Source of the DNA: Tubulanus polymorphus
Taxonomy: Eukaryota > Animalia > Nemertea
Assembly: GCF_964204645.1 (NCBI RefSeq)
Contig: NC_134033.1
Coordinates: forward strand, 6,720,231 to 6,784,230
Direction: 5' to 3'
DNA length: 64,000 bases
This document shows positions 14,701 to 27,945 of this stretch, piece after piece. How positions within the stretch are numbered: the first letter of the stretch is position 1; every line of letters begins with the position of its first letter. The translations under genes were made by a program, and so were the position numbers. The notes under the pieces were generated by a model. It had not been told where the DNA came from. It saw nothing but the letters and a program-made list of their open reading frames with translations, and did not search any database.

Positions 14701-17700
14701 AAATCTCAATTGATCAAATTACTTCGTGTATTGTGATTTGTTCATTCTCTGACACACTTCGTTCAAGATTATTAGGGTTATTTCAATTTCGAATGATTTC
14801 AGGTGCATCGGTTCCAAATCTGGCTGCATCATTGCAGGCTGCTGCTGCAGCTCATAGTACCAGTGCTACGCCAACTGGTGCAGTGCGCATTAATTCAATG
14901 ATGGTATCGGTCGACACAAATCGCCATGTGGCTATGCAACCACATTACACAATGTCATCCGCCACTACAGGTTCGTCAGGTTTTTACTTAGAAAATACTT
15001 TCTAATTTGATAAACTCCCATTGTAGACTACAACATGCCTGCTACCATAAGAGAGTGTTACTACTACAATTTGTCGGCTACCATTGCTAGCAAGAGGAAT
15101 ATCTTATAGTTCCATGTTTGCTGTCTCGGGATAATATATTCTCTGTAGTAGGTTTGTCACTTCGACATTACTTACACCAGTTATGGGTTTGTTACTATTG
15201 CTAGGTGAGATGTATAATTGTACAACTATTGAGCGATCTCATAGCTTCTGGTACTGCAATTTGTCTGCTACCATTGCTACCATATGCAATATCCCATACA
15301 AGAACCTAGCTTGTCCTCAAAAGCTGCAAACCTGTACGTTTTCACTGTATTTTCGTACGGCTGCAGCCTATTGTGTACGGCGTTAGTACTCTCAACTTAG
15401 TGCGGTAGTGAATAGAATTCTGATTGGCTATAAATTCATTAACTCCATAGTACAATTAAACAGCTAATGCCTTGATGCGATATATTGTTGACCAGGCAGC
15501 CAATCATTTCAGAAAACTAAACAACTTTTTTAAAAACATCACTATTTCAGTAACTACATCGGATAATTCGAGTCTATCATCTCAGAATATGAACCAGTCT
15601 AGTTTGACGACGTCACCACGACCGAGTATACTCCGCAAGCGCCAACACGATACGTAAGCATTCCAAAATGTCTCGAGAAGCTGATATTTTTGTACGGATC
15701 TGAAATTACTACCATGACAGATGAGCGTTTAGGTTCTAATGAATAAAATTTGAATTAGCATTTTTAATGGATATTTGTCAACCATATCTAATCGTTGGAG
15801 GCATACTCTTTGATGTTGTGTAAAGCAAAACTCATGGTTTGAAAGTCGTCTCTCGGTCACAGTTCGTATGAAATGTGAATATTCGTCAGACTGAGTTTGT
15901 AAATGATAAAAAGTTTTGCTTATTAAACAAGGAACTTAGTGTAATCGGTTAAATTGTCTTCGAAGTGAGCCGTAGCCAGAAGCCATGTTTGAACTGAAAT
16001 TGAGAGCCTTTCACAAATAATTAGTCGCGATATTGCAGATATTCTTCAGACAAGCAAGTTACACGGTATCGTCCTTACCCCCTGATTATGTGCTTGATCT
16101 ATTCATTTATATTTTCATGATTTTATGAAATATTGAAAACATTTCAACTGATTTACTTAATGATAACACTTAATAAAAGATTGAAAGGTCCCCAGGGGCT
16201 TCGTTGTTAATATTTGATTAGTCACTTCAGCAGTTAATATTCATTTCAATTTCAGGCCGATAATTGTGAAGAAATGTGTATCAGATCCAAGCAGTGCTAC
16301 GAGTAGTCCTCGACCAGATACTACCCCGCGGTCTAACACCAGTTCACCGGGACCTAAATCATCGCATCTGTAAGTGTCCTATTCTCTTACTGAAATATCA
16401 ATTTGCAGACCTCCCAGTTCTCAGAGCTTCTCCAACCATTAGTTCATGATTCGGTTTCAATACTTACTATGTGTACTGATATAATTTGATATAATGGGTA
16501 CAGAAATGTGAACGACATTGTTTAAATGTTCTTCAAGGAAAAGTTCCTAAAAATAATTCAACTTGTTACTGGTTGGCACCATTCTATTTCAGTGATTTAT
16601 CGATGATAAGAGATATGACGTCGCAGGACAGCAATCATTCGTCGACGGACACAGCTTCATCGGCTGAAAATAGTACGAACAGTACTCCCACTGAAAATAT
16701 CAGAATAAAATCCGAGCCGCTTGACTCCATTGAAAACGGTACGCACAATTTTACTGATTCTTGTCGCTAATCTGCCAATTCTCCCTGATTGTCAGGTACA
16801 ATCCTGGCAAATATCTTGCTGTCCCTGATGGTGTTTTTCTTTAGACTATCGGAAATCTTTTGCTGTCCCTGAAAGGCTTTCCTACTGCTTAAGTACTTTT
16901 CTTATTCTTCATTTCTCCTCATCGCATCCCTGAAAAATTTTACTTATGTGTAACTGATGTAGTTATTGATAGGTTAGCAGGTCTGTTGTGGATGTTTCTA
17001 ATTCATGAAGAATGGTTTTAAAGGTGTTAGTTTAGTGTGCGGCGGCTTTTTTGAACTGATATATCTATTTCTTCTACCAATGTAGGCTAGTGAATTCTAT
17101 TTACTATTAACCCTGAATAATCCGGATCAGTTTAATTGGGATATTGATCTAAAGCAGATACAGTCAAACCTGCTTGGTTCATTAACCAATTAGCAATTGG
17201 GATTTCAGTATGTAGTGTCAATTACTCCTCAGAAAATTCAAGGGAAAATCCAAGCTTATCACGATACCGAATAGCTCATTTCCTGTATAATTTCATGCAC
17301 TATGGTTTGTGTTATATTCTCAAAGCTTTGATATAAGATTTAATTATGTGGGGCACCAAAGTCATGTCCTTTTGGCCCCCTGAAATTCATCCAAACATAG
17401 TTGGATTTGAAGTGAGCGCTCAGATCTGTCATGTTCTTTCTCCAATTGCTCATGAATTTCAAATAGGAAGATGTTGGTTTCTGTATGGTATTTCCAGGAC
17501 ATGGGTGTCTAGTTTTATCATAAGCTATTGGGTTTGAATCCCACTAAAACCGTTTTTGTGCAGCAGACGAAAAGTGTCTGGGCGGATTCAGGCGGCTTGA
17601 GGAGTAATAGGCAGGTAGATACAAGCAGTTTGAGTGCTAATGGGTTAATATACAGGAAAATTACTTATTCCTGATTTGGCGTAAACCGGATGAATTGTGT

Positions 17701-20700
17701 TAGTCCCAAATGATCCGAATTAAGCGGGTTCTACTGTATTAGTAGATACGGCTTGGAGACTAAATCTTTAAGTTCAAATCAGAACTAAGTTGTCTTGTAT
17801 GTGTACATTAGTTACAACGATGTGCGATATAGTGAGACAATACGTCATTCATATGCACATCATGCATCAATTTTATGACTAGCCTTGCTTGAAGCGAGGA
17901 GGGTCATTAGAATTTTCATGAATTAGTGGGTTGTTGCAATCAAGAACTCAATGGAATTATAATTGATTTTCTAAATTACTATCGTTCTTAGATTTGTGAG
18001 ATTGCATTCGATTTGAGAAAATTTGACATCATTATAATTCAAAGATGAGTCTGCTGAACCTGGTTCCACAGTTCTGGGTGAAATTTGATTCTCAAGATAG
18101 AATATAACAACATCAAACCAATCTTATGTCGGAGTTAGATTTAGTTTCTTGTTGGCAAAGCAAATTACTCCAACTATGTTTTAATTGAAGTAAAACTGAA
18201 AGGCTTTCCAAAAGACGAAAAGCCTGGTTAAAAGAATACAAAGTTTTGATCAAGAAGTCTTCAGTTAGTCTTGAGGAGTTTCGATGAACTCAGAATAATG
18301 GACTTGGTAAAAGATTTTGTTGAATATTTCTTGTAGGTGGTCCATCGATAGGAACTCCGACTCACCATCTCTCGTCGATAAACAGTATAGAAGCCTCGCC
18401 TCGAAAAAAACCACGCAAACAACTACTGTAAGTATCAAACTACATGCTTCATCACATCTGCATTAAGTTCTAGCTCTACAATCTAGTAATTCTGTACAAT
18501 CACTTATAGAAGGTGTTCTGATACGTACATGAAAAGTCTTACATCTGGTGATTTTCATAATGCATGCTAGGTTTTGACAATAGTGTCAAGTGTGGATGGA
18601 TCCCTCTTTGATAGTGTGTTGATATAATGTCAGGTGTTTGTAGTTCCGTTTCAATTAGAAATATCTCTGATGAAGAACTGAACCATAAATGTCTGACTGT
18701 GTTTTTGGTTTACCTTTGTCAGCAGTATGAGATTGGCATTGAGCCAATTCATGTAAATTCGCGGTACGTTTTTTTATGTGAGCATTTTTTTCATTGGTTC
18801 TCGGGTTAAACGATGTATAATGGATGCGATTGAAGACATGACGAACCTCTGTCGATGACATAATCAACTTTGTTATTATTCGACGAAAGACTGTTTTTGG
18901 CGGGAAAATTCTTAGCTCTTGCATATGAAATTGCAATGACCTGGATTGGGGGGCGTCGTCTCTTAGAGCGAATGTGATTGGCTGTTTTTGTTTTTGGGAT
19001 ATACGGGGAATTCCGGTGCTACTAACATAATTATGGGAAAGCCATTTATGGCGATCAGTTCATTGGACTAGGTGCCATGTATGTGCGAATTTTAAATGCT
19101 CATTGCTGGTGAGAATATAATTATTTCACACATCGCCATAGGTATTGTTTCATTTTAATACCCGGTGATTGTGTTGATTGAGATTGAAGTGAAACGAACG
19201 TTCACTACACAAGGCCTCCACGTGCGCGGGAGCGCTGACATTAGACTGTTGCACACACAAACATATGCTCATACAGACTACTATATGGTGATGCTGCAAC
19301 GCTGCTTGGCGCGTGCACGTTTGGTTTGATAACAGGCTGAATAATGGACGTAGCAGAAGATGAGCGCTGTGTTTTCTGTTTGATAGAATTTGTAATAAAT
19401 TGTAATTTCTTGTGACCTGAAAATACGAAGCAGCAAACTATAGGTATAGGTCGAGGTCTGAATATTGTAGTGGTAAATTCCAGGATTTAAAAGGATTTAA
19501 AATGATCTAATACTAATACTAATACTCCAGGAATCTAATTTTTTTTTTTAAATATGAAATAGTTTCCAATGCCGCGCCTACCTGAACCCCACGAAATATG
19601 GGACGTTGACCATAAACAAATGTTTATCTTAGGTCTTATTTGACTACAAAATAATTCTTTAAGAAAGATAAGATACAATATAAACTTCTAGAACTTTGAA
19701 GTCATGAATCAAAATGATTTTTCAAGCATTGCCCTTACTCCAAACAACCTCTAGCTTTCAAGGTAAACCACACTTTGCCCATGGGCAATTTATTACTCCA
19801 TTTTGCTTAAAAATCTCAGATAAAGTTTTCAGTACGAGAAGAAGTGTGGCCAATCGAAAAATTGAAATACTTACAGAGAGCTGCCAACTGATCTGATTTT
19901 TCCGTAACTGTTGCGGTATTTCGTGTGAGAATACTGAAAAAAATTTGATAAGTTACAGAAAACTCGTTTTTATGGCAAATTGCATCATTAATTCTTAAAT
20001 CTCTTAGAATCACTCTTGTCAACTCAAATTATACTCTCAATATGAGACTGTACTAGTGCGCCATCTGTACTGAGATGAAGATGACGCACTAGAGAGAAGA
20101 TGGCGCACTAGTACGGTGTTAGAAAACGGGAACACTAATTTTGTTCCTAGTAATTTACCTTAATACAGATTTTTAATACTGATTTTTAAAAACGTCTTCT
20201 GGTTCGAAAATTGGGGACTACTGGAACATTTTTGAAAATACTGATAAACTTGGACATGTGTTCAGCAAAAGATAAAATCTAGGTTGGCAGCTCTTAACTT
20301 GTGATAATGTATTGAATGTCTGAGGGGCAGCAGGTCCCACTTTAGTTGATGTCATCCCACAAGAGCAATTTTTCAAATGTTTTATTATTTTTCACTTTTG
20401 CTTTTAGTCACGCGACGCCCGATGTCACTCAACAAGACATCAAAGAAGAATCCGTGAATGTTTCATCCGGCGATGAACTCGAGACAGTCGTAGCTGCCGC
20501 TCAGGTGCTTACCAGTGGGCCGACACCTGCTAAACGCAAGAAATGTGATAGTGAGTACAGTACTTCGTGTATTTAAATGCCCTAGAATCGTACATGATTG
20601 AGGACCGTGAAGAACTCAAAATTTTATTGACTCCTTGACAAAATTAAGTTTATATTGCCTCAAACTGGAGACATGAATAACTCAAGGGCAATACTCAGAC

Positions 20701-23106
20701 ATAATGAGCTATAATCATCTAACACTTCACTTGAGAGTAGTTAATACTATTTTTAACAGCTCAACTACTCCCAGAAATATAGTTATACTCTCAAATTACA
20801 CTCTAACCTCCAAATAACATAGTAAGCAATGTAGAAGAAAATTTTTGTGAACTATTTTTACGTGGTCAAAAATGGCCCTAGTAATTGAATTTTGACTTTT
20901 GAAAGTGATTTAAACTATGCTGTGGCAATTTTACTTAAGCAGTTGTTTGTGGGTGGTTAAGCTAATGAGTGTTTCGACTTTGAATCAATGATGTTACATT
21001 GTATTTGTTTTTGTTGTTCTCTCAGACTACGTCGATGACGAGGGCGTGAAATGGGTATCTATGAGAAAGCGTAATCACGTCGCCTTGTTGCAGTCGTATA
21101 ACTATAATTGGAAATCGCGCAATAATCATTTCCTGCGTTATAGCGACGTCAAATCAAAAGGTAAGCGCTTAACCTGGTACTTAAAAGTGGTTATGTATTC
21201 GGAAAATACTGTTGCAAGTCCCGATCTTCAAATCAGTATCCAGTCAACACTGAAATACTTTGTGCCGCAAATTTCCCTGATTCTCAACTTGGTGAAATGT
21301 TGACAGTCCCAACGCTACCAAGTTCTAAGATATTCACAGCAGTCCCAATGTGTTCCCAGTTCCCTTATTCTCTGAGAAATGTTGACAGTCCCTGTGCGAC
21401 TTGTGTTCCCTGATTCTCAAGTTGATGAAATACATCATTACAGTTCCAACATTACCTGATTCTCAACTTAGTGAAATGGAAATAGAATCCTAAAAAAAAA
21501 CCATTATTGATATGATGTTTTGAGCCTACACTATGTTTTACTTATCTTAAGGGAAATTCCCAACATTACCAAATTAGGTGCAGTTGAGCGTTTAGTTTCG
21601 GGGCTGGTCCTATACAAAACGATATGGTTTACTCAGCTGTGTTAAAGTCAATTTCAGAATTAGCCCAAGGTTAAAGTTGAAACCAGTAGATAAAACGGCC
21701 CCTTTAACACTTGCCACTGAATTGGTTGATTAAATGTTTTGTTCCTCTCCTGATAGACGAACGTCGACCGACCGTCAATGAACTCTCAAATCAAAAAGGC
21801 GTCCAAGCGAAAGCCGGCGGTTGGAAAATGTTCCATCTATCAACGCAAATGGATGACATTGTAAGTGGTAAAGTATATACCGTGATAGGTTGCAGTATAG
21901 TAACTATGACTTAGTGGAGAGATATGAGAAATGGATGAAAAATTAGAAGTTTTAAGGTTGAGAAATACGTCAGAATATTTTAATCCAAAATTAGTGCCAT
22001 ATACTGTCGAGTTGATGCTTGTGATATATAATCTATATTGAAGTGTGAGAAATTTTATTTTTATCCATCCAGATTGTGATCAATAATCACTCAACATATT
22101 ATATATAATTGTACCTTTGGAAAAATGACATTGAAAATGTGAAAAATGTCTGGCTGTGGAAAAAATGTGAAATAACTGATCGTTGAGGCTTTGGAAGATA
22201 TTTGAAAATAGTTCATTCGACCCTTGATGTATTGCTGCCTCCATTAATCCCTTTATGACATCATAAAAAGTGGATTAGTGGACGATTTCATTATGGGATT
22301 TTGATTGAGAGTTGCGGCAGTGAGATCGATGCATTGATAAATCCCAGAAGTAAAAATTTTGGGTTGAAATGTGAATTTTTTCAGAAATGGGTGTAAGAAT
22401 ATAAGCTTTCCTCCTCCGGTCTACGAATTAATGCGGGATTTATAGGAGATAGCCACGTATTCTCCATTTTTCTGTGAGATTAATTGAACAATCATCAATG
22501 AAGATAATTTCGGATATTTCATAGATCGATTTAGAAAAAGACGTGAAAACGAAGATTAAAGCGATACAAGATTGTTTAGCACCGCAAACGAAGCATTATT
22601 CAGTTGTAGAGGATGATTTAGCCATGGTACACGAACTCACGCAGGTATGTAGTCCTTAAGAGCTGCTGATGGTGTTGCTGTGGGGGATATTACTGTCGTT
22701 TGATAGGTGATCGTTGCTAGATTAGGGGAGTGCTGTGAAAGCTGATTTCTGTTGTGTGGGGAATTGCTTTGATAGTTAGGATGAGCAGGGTCCTTTGATA
22801 GTTGTTATCAACGATGAGGGCAGAGTGCTGTAATAAATAGGCATAGGGTTATGAAAGGGAGTTGGTTGCTGTGTATAATTTGTTCACGCAAATCATAATC
22901 TTATACTTAAGTCTTATTCGGATTGATATGTGTATATTTTGTTGATATGTTTTCAGGGAAATATGCAACGTTGCCAGCTGGTCGCTGACCAGGTCGAGGA
23001 AGCCAAACAGGCAATGATGAAAATACTCGATCATAAAACGAAAGTAATGGACATTGTCAGTAAACACCACAGTAAACGGACTGTAAAAAAGAAGGAGCGA
23101 AGTTAA
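11708..23106 (+). CDS. SAP130: Histone deacetylase complex subunit SAP130 (Sin3A-associated protein 130); 13 coding exons, 5' exons not located in window
   Basis: Phase-compatible GT-AG exons: 11708-11773, 12409-12748, 13346-13554, 14803-14970, 15551-15653, 16256-16369, 16593-16738, 18337-18427, 20408-20550, 21026-21160, 21757-21860, 22525-22644, 22957-23106 (stop TAA). The joined protein has the SAP130 motifs IPIAKVHPQ, SPRPSILRK, ASPRKKPRKQ and the C-terminal domain WKSRNNHFLRYSDVKSKDERRPTVNELSNQKG...GWK...QGNMQRCQLVADQVEEAKQAMMKILDHK. Confidence 0.93.
17161..17736. mobile_element. pogo/Tigger-like MITE (intronic)
   Basis: TA-CAGTCAAACCTGCTT...AAGCGGGTTCTACTG-TA. Confidence 0.55.
18700..19794. 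repeat. Dispersed repeat family A, longest copy (intronic)
   Basis: Colinear with 1733-2500 and 10774-11258. Confidence 0.85.
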
Positions 23107-24172
23107 CATCCGACCCAGTGATTACACGTGAATATGTCATGGGATTGTTTTTACACGTGTGCACGTCTACAGTTGTGATGTTCACGGACGTGTTTATGTA
23201 TGAACTTGTCATCAGATCGCTGTGAAGCTTGTACATGTATGTGTCATTGAACCACGTTTCCGCATATATGTACATGGTAAATGTCGGTATTGCCTGAACA
23301 TCTACATACATGTACATGTCTCCAGATTATTGCATTGAGATATGCACATGTACTTGGACTGTATACCAACATGTCATCAGATGTATTCAAAAGTGTACAT
23401 GTCATTGGGACACATTTCACACGTATATTTTGTTGTACATTATGAATGTGCGCGTCCTGTAGTAAGTATTTACACGTGTACATGTCATTGGATCGCGTGT
23501 TCTTCGGAACTAGTTCACACATGTACATATCATCGGAACGCGTGTATCTAATTGATCTTAAAAAGAATCTTATGCAATTTTACTGCCACAGATGAAAACG
23601 TATTTATTTTTTCTTTTTCTTTTATTCGAAACTTGTGGACTTGTTTTCAATTCTGGCAGTTTATTGCAATGTTTGTTTCTATAAAAGGTGACGACAAGGT
23701 GATATTATATATCACAGTGCTCGATGCAACAATTGTACAGGCGTCTACGGACTTTAAAAGTTACCTCGCGTCCAGTTTTAAGAGTAGGTTGAACTCAAAT
23801 TTTGCATTTAGATTTTTGAGATCAGGACACCGTCTGAAACTTGAGTGCAACCTATTTTATGAAACCCGACCCAGAAGCAAGATCTCTGTAGGGTATTGGA
23901 AAGTTGGAATACTGGATCAACATTCTGTGACTAGGGGCATACATTTCGGAGTTCATTGAAACCACCCACTGTGCGTAAAAGGCTCGCACGTTCAGCAATT
24001 ATTTTTTTTTTACAAGATTGATGACGTCACTCAGTTTTCCACATTCGAAGTCACAAAGTATTACAGGCTTTATTAAAGATCAAGTAGCGCTTCATTTATC
24101 AAAATGCCTATTAAAATAGAATTCAATAGTTAACTAACCCACATAACGATATCACACAAATTTTTACCTTAA

Positions 24173-25175
24173 CCCTTTCAATACCACATAGTGTCTCCGC
24201 TGCTGTGCCGGAGGGAATTTAGGGGTTTAGAGGTGTATATTTGAAACTTTCATAGAATAGTTACCAAGGTATCTGACACAGAATATTTATATAGCATGTT
24301 GTTGATAACTTTTGGGCCAACAATGTAGACATAAATAGTTTGGATATAAGTGAACTTGAGGTCAAGGTCACATACTCCAAGATGGCCGCCATGAAAGAAA
24401 TTCACGAAAAAGTTTCAGATAAACTGCTCTGTCTCCCAGCAAAATGCACTGATCTATTCAATTCCAAGTGAAATAGTATGCCATATATCCTTACTTTATG
24501 TAGTAAAAATTTCAAAGCAATAGAACAACAAAAAAATTTATTTTTCCACTCATTTACCAACTTCTCCACCAATTTGTCGGAAGACCTGATGTAAGGGGTT
24601 TCATTGGGGTATAATTTCAGGCCTCAGAAAATTGTTACCTATGTATTTGACACTGATACATTGTATACCATGGTGTTGATAACCATTGGGCTTACAAATA
24701 AGACAAATTATTTGGATATATGTGACCTTGAGGATGGACAGTTTCTGGTTCTTCATTATTGTTATTGGTGTCCGTTGCCATGACAACCGTATCAACAGGG
24801 TCTAAAAAAATTGTCACTGATTTCATTTTCATCATCAAAATCATAGCCAGCACTATAAATCAATTTTCTGACTAAGTCTCATCATCTATACTGCTGCTGT
24901 CATATTCGCTGTCACTCTCAATTTGTTCACTACCAAATTCCAAGTCACCAGCATCACTGTCAGCATCATATACGAGCTGCTGAACCGTTTCATCCAGCCA
25001 AATTGTTTTTTCCTGGCTGTTGCCATCTAGGATTTTATGCAGATGGCAGCACCGGCTGATACTGATAGAAATTCCCTTCTAGAAGAAGGGTTAAGTGATA
25101 CTGTATCACATACGGTTTGGGTATGCTAGCTTGCCAATTTGTACCGTATGCCATTCGGTAGTGGTATTGTAAGGG
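24173..25175 (-). mobile_element. piggyBac-derived non-autonomous element
   Basis: TTAA|CCCTTTCAATACCAC...GTGGTATTGTAAGGG|TTAA. The minus strand at ~24875-25027 encodes an acidic remnant (DETVQQLVYDADSDAGDLEFGSEQIESDSEYDSSSIDDE) like a piggyBac transposase N-terminus. Confidence 0.85.
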
Positions 25176-25383
25176 TTAAGTCAGTGCAGTAACGATGTAT
25201 CCGACATCAAGGTATCTGGACTACCAATGAGCTTCTTTAACAGTATCAGTAGTTTCCCACTAAGATATACTGCATACTGATGTATGTACTTTATTCACAA
25301 GAAGCAGGTCATAACTATAAGCATATAAGATAAACTGGGATACCTAAAGTTTTGGGTACCCATAAACATCTATATGCAGCTTA

Positions 25384-25541
25384 GGGGTCATTCGTTTATT
25401 ACGTACTTATTGGGGGAGGGGTCAGTGCAATTGTGTACTTTTATGCTTAACATATACGAAAAAATGGCCGATTTTGCATACAGAGGGGGAGAGGGGTTGA
25501 AAAATTCAAACTTTATGCGTACGTAATAAATGAATGATCTC
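25384..25541. mobile_element. Harbinger-like MITE
   Basis: TTA|GGGGTCATTCGTTTATTACGTAC...GTACGTAATAAATGAATGATCTC|TTA; a partial second copy lies near 31690-31790. Confidence 0.7.
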
Positions 25542-26457
25542 TTAGGCGTTCGTGCTGATGGGAATTCGGTCTAGCGCCTGTTGCGTCTTCATCATCGCCA
25601 TCTACATGGGTATGAGATGAACTACGCGATGTAAAAATTAGTTCATATTAACACTTTGAGTCATCGATATTTCAGTAATCCATCATTCATTACAGCTAAG
25701 ATTTCTCGAAAATGATAATAATGTAGTTATGTAACATTATCTTAGGTTAAAAACGAAAATGATAATAATGTAGTTATGTAACATTATCTTAGGTTAAAAA
25801 CAAAAAGTATTTAAGTGCTACTTGATCTTAAACTACAGGAAATAGCTACGAATATGAAGAGAGGTCATTGAAAATTGAAGAAATTGACGAATAAGGGCAG
25901 GTGGCTGGTTAATTGGCTGAGGATGTTCGTCTGAACTAACATATGTATAGGTTGTAACTGATTAGAGAATTTAATCACACGTATCTATTTAATTTGATGC
26001 TTTATTAACTGAACTCATACTTAAGTACAATTTGGGGCACTTAGAAACTAAGTTACTTCAATGAGCGTCCATTTATATCTATTGGATTGAAGCTACGTCT
26101 ACATTAGCTTCTTCCACACGGCAAACGCATCTAAACAATGCTAGGAACACAATATCAATACCTAGTATTTAGCAGGACCCACGTTTTTGAAGCCATTCTT
26201 GAAAAGAAGAGTTCACTACGCATCAAACCCATCCACATTTTTTCTCCTGTGTTCAATGTAGACTTCAATTTGTTGCTGAGCTCCACAATCTGCTTTGAAC
26301 TTGAACTACAAATATGGACTCATACTTCCAAAGTCCAGCTGGGTGACTAAGTGTAGTCCCTACGAACGTTGGTTTTCGTCATACCCGCCTTGACCAAAAC
26401 ATGGGTTCAACGAGCTAGTGTATACGTAGCCTCAGTCTATGATGCCTTTTGATATTA

Positions 26458-27051
26458 CAGTCAACCCTGCAAAATCGTCATGGAATTAGTCGTATCATCA
26501 CATCTCTCGTATAATTATTATTTTGTTCCCAATTTTTTCTATGAACCTTATGAAATTATGCTTATAACTCGTACTTCATAAGTCGTATTTTCACGTAAGT
26601 CGTATCAATTTTGGAAGCTAAAATCTTTTGATTCAAAATGCACCGCGTTAGTCGTAGCCCAATATGCCATAGCAGCAGATAAATATACGCTACGATATTG
26701 TCTGTGTAAGTGTTCAGACAGTTAACTTTCAACAGTTAACAGTTTAGACAGTAACTTTCTTGTGACGTTGTCTACATGGTGTACGCGGCAGCTTTTAATT
26801 GATTGATTGAGGGTAGATTTCAGCGATATAGGATCTGCACTGCCAGCTCAGGATACGATCGGGAACACGACGAACCATGCTGGAATCTGAGCGTCGTATA
26901 TATCGTATTTTCATGGGATATTCGTGGAATTCGTATAAAACCACGACTTATAGATAACTTGGAAAATACGACTTGCATATAACTCGTACATCACGTAAGT
27001 CGTAGAAAAATTCCCGAGGGCTGAGGGCTATGACTTATGCAGGGTTGACTG
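26458..27051. mobile_element. pogo/Tigger-like MITE
   Basis: TA|CAGTCAACCCTGCA...TGCAGGGTTGACTG|TA with internal (A)GTCGTA repeats. Confidence 0.85.
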
Positions 27052-27853
27052 TACTAGCAATCCTCGCCTAACTTACACATAGCTTATTCTGAATTTTGAT
27101 TTACCTGGACACGAACAAAATCATTTTCCGACTTCCTAACATTTTCCGATCCTTGAACTTGTGCCATTTTTGCCTGCCTCGGGTGTGTCCCAATTTAGGT
27201 AAGGTTTACTGCATAAATGGCTATGAAATTGGTTTCGAAGTGGTATTGAAAAGCATTGAATAGCTGTGGTCAGGTGATCTCCGATCAGCAAAGCTGTTAT
27301 GAAAGACGTCAATCAATTCCATACTAGAACTATAGCTCAACAGTGACAACAGCCAATAATTTTAGCTTCGGACATGCCCCTGGTAACTTGAACCTAATGT
27401 TTCACTAATAATAAAAGAAGTGTTCACATTTTTTATTCATATGAGAATGTTATTTTTGTTGCTGCACAGTGCTACAAATTAATATTGTAAATAATGATAT
27501 TTCTATGTGAATAGATGTATAAATATTCTGTAGATATGAAATCGATGATATAAAAGTTTTTATATGCACGTGATAGAATAACAAATAACCTTTTATAGTT
27601 TTGGTGTAGACGTAAGCTACGCACATGTACTGGTATTGTCAACCAGTTTCCCGTACTAAGATAAGACTGGCGCGTGTTGTTATGAATCCGTTTCCTGACC
27701 ACGTTTCCACATAGGGATCGTTCAAACAGTATGTACATGTACGAAAAGTCGCTCATCTCCACGTCTTGTTAAGTTAATGAATACTATTGTTGATGGTAAC
27801 ATGTGACATATTGTAGTAGATAAAACCCACAATAAAAAGAAAAAACTATCTTG

Positions 27854-27899
27854 TAGCTTAACGTTTCAACTCAATTCTATGAGCCATTATCAAAAACTA
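27854..27899 (-). ncRNA. Minimal type I hammerhead ribozyme motif (U3-A8 variant) in Penelope 3' end
   Basis: Reverse complement of 30653-30698. Confidence 0.65.
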
Positions 27900-27945
27900 A
27901 ATTTATTATACAGTTAGAACAATACAAAATATAGCAACAAGGTAA

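Noticed and set aside
23057-23959. Overlapping 70-135 aa ORFs after the SAP130 stop
   Set aside because: Low-complexity 3' UTR and MITE remnants; no recognisable motifs.
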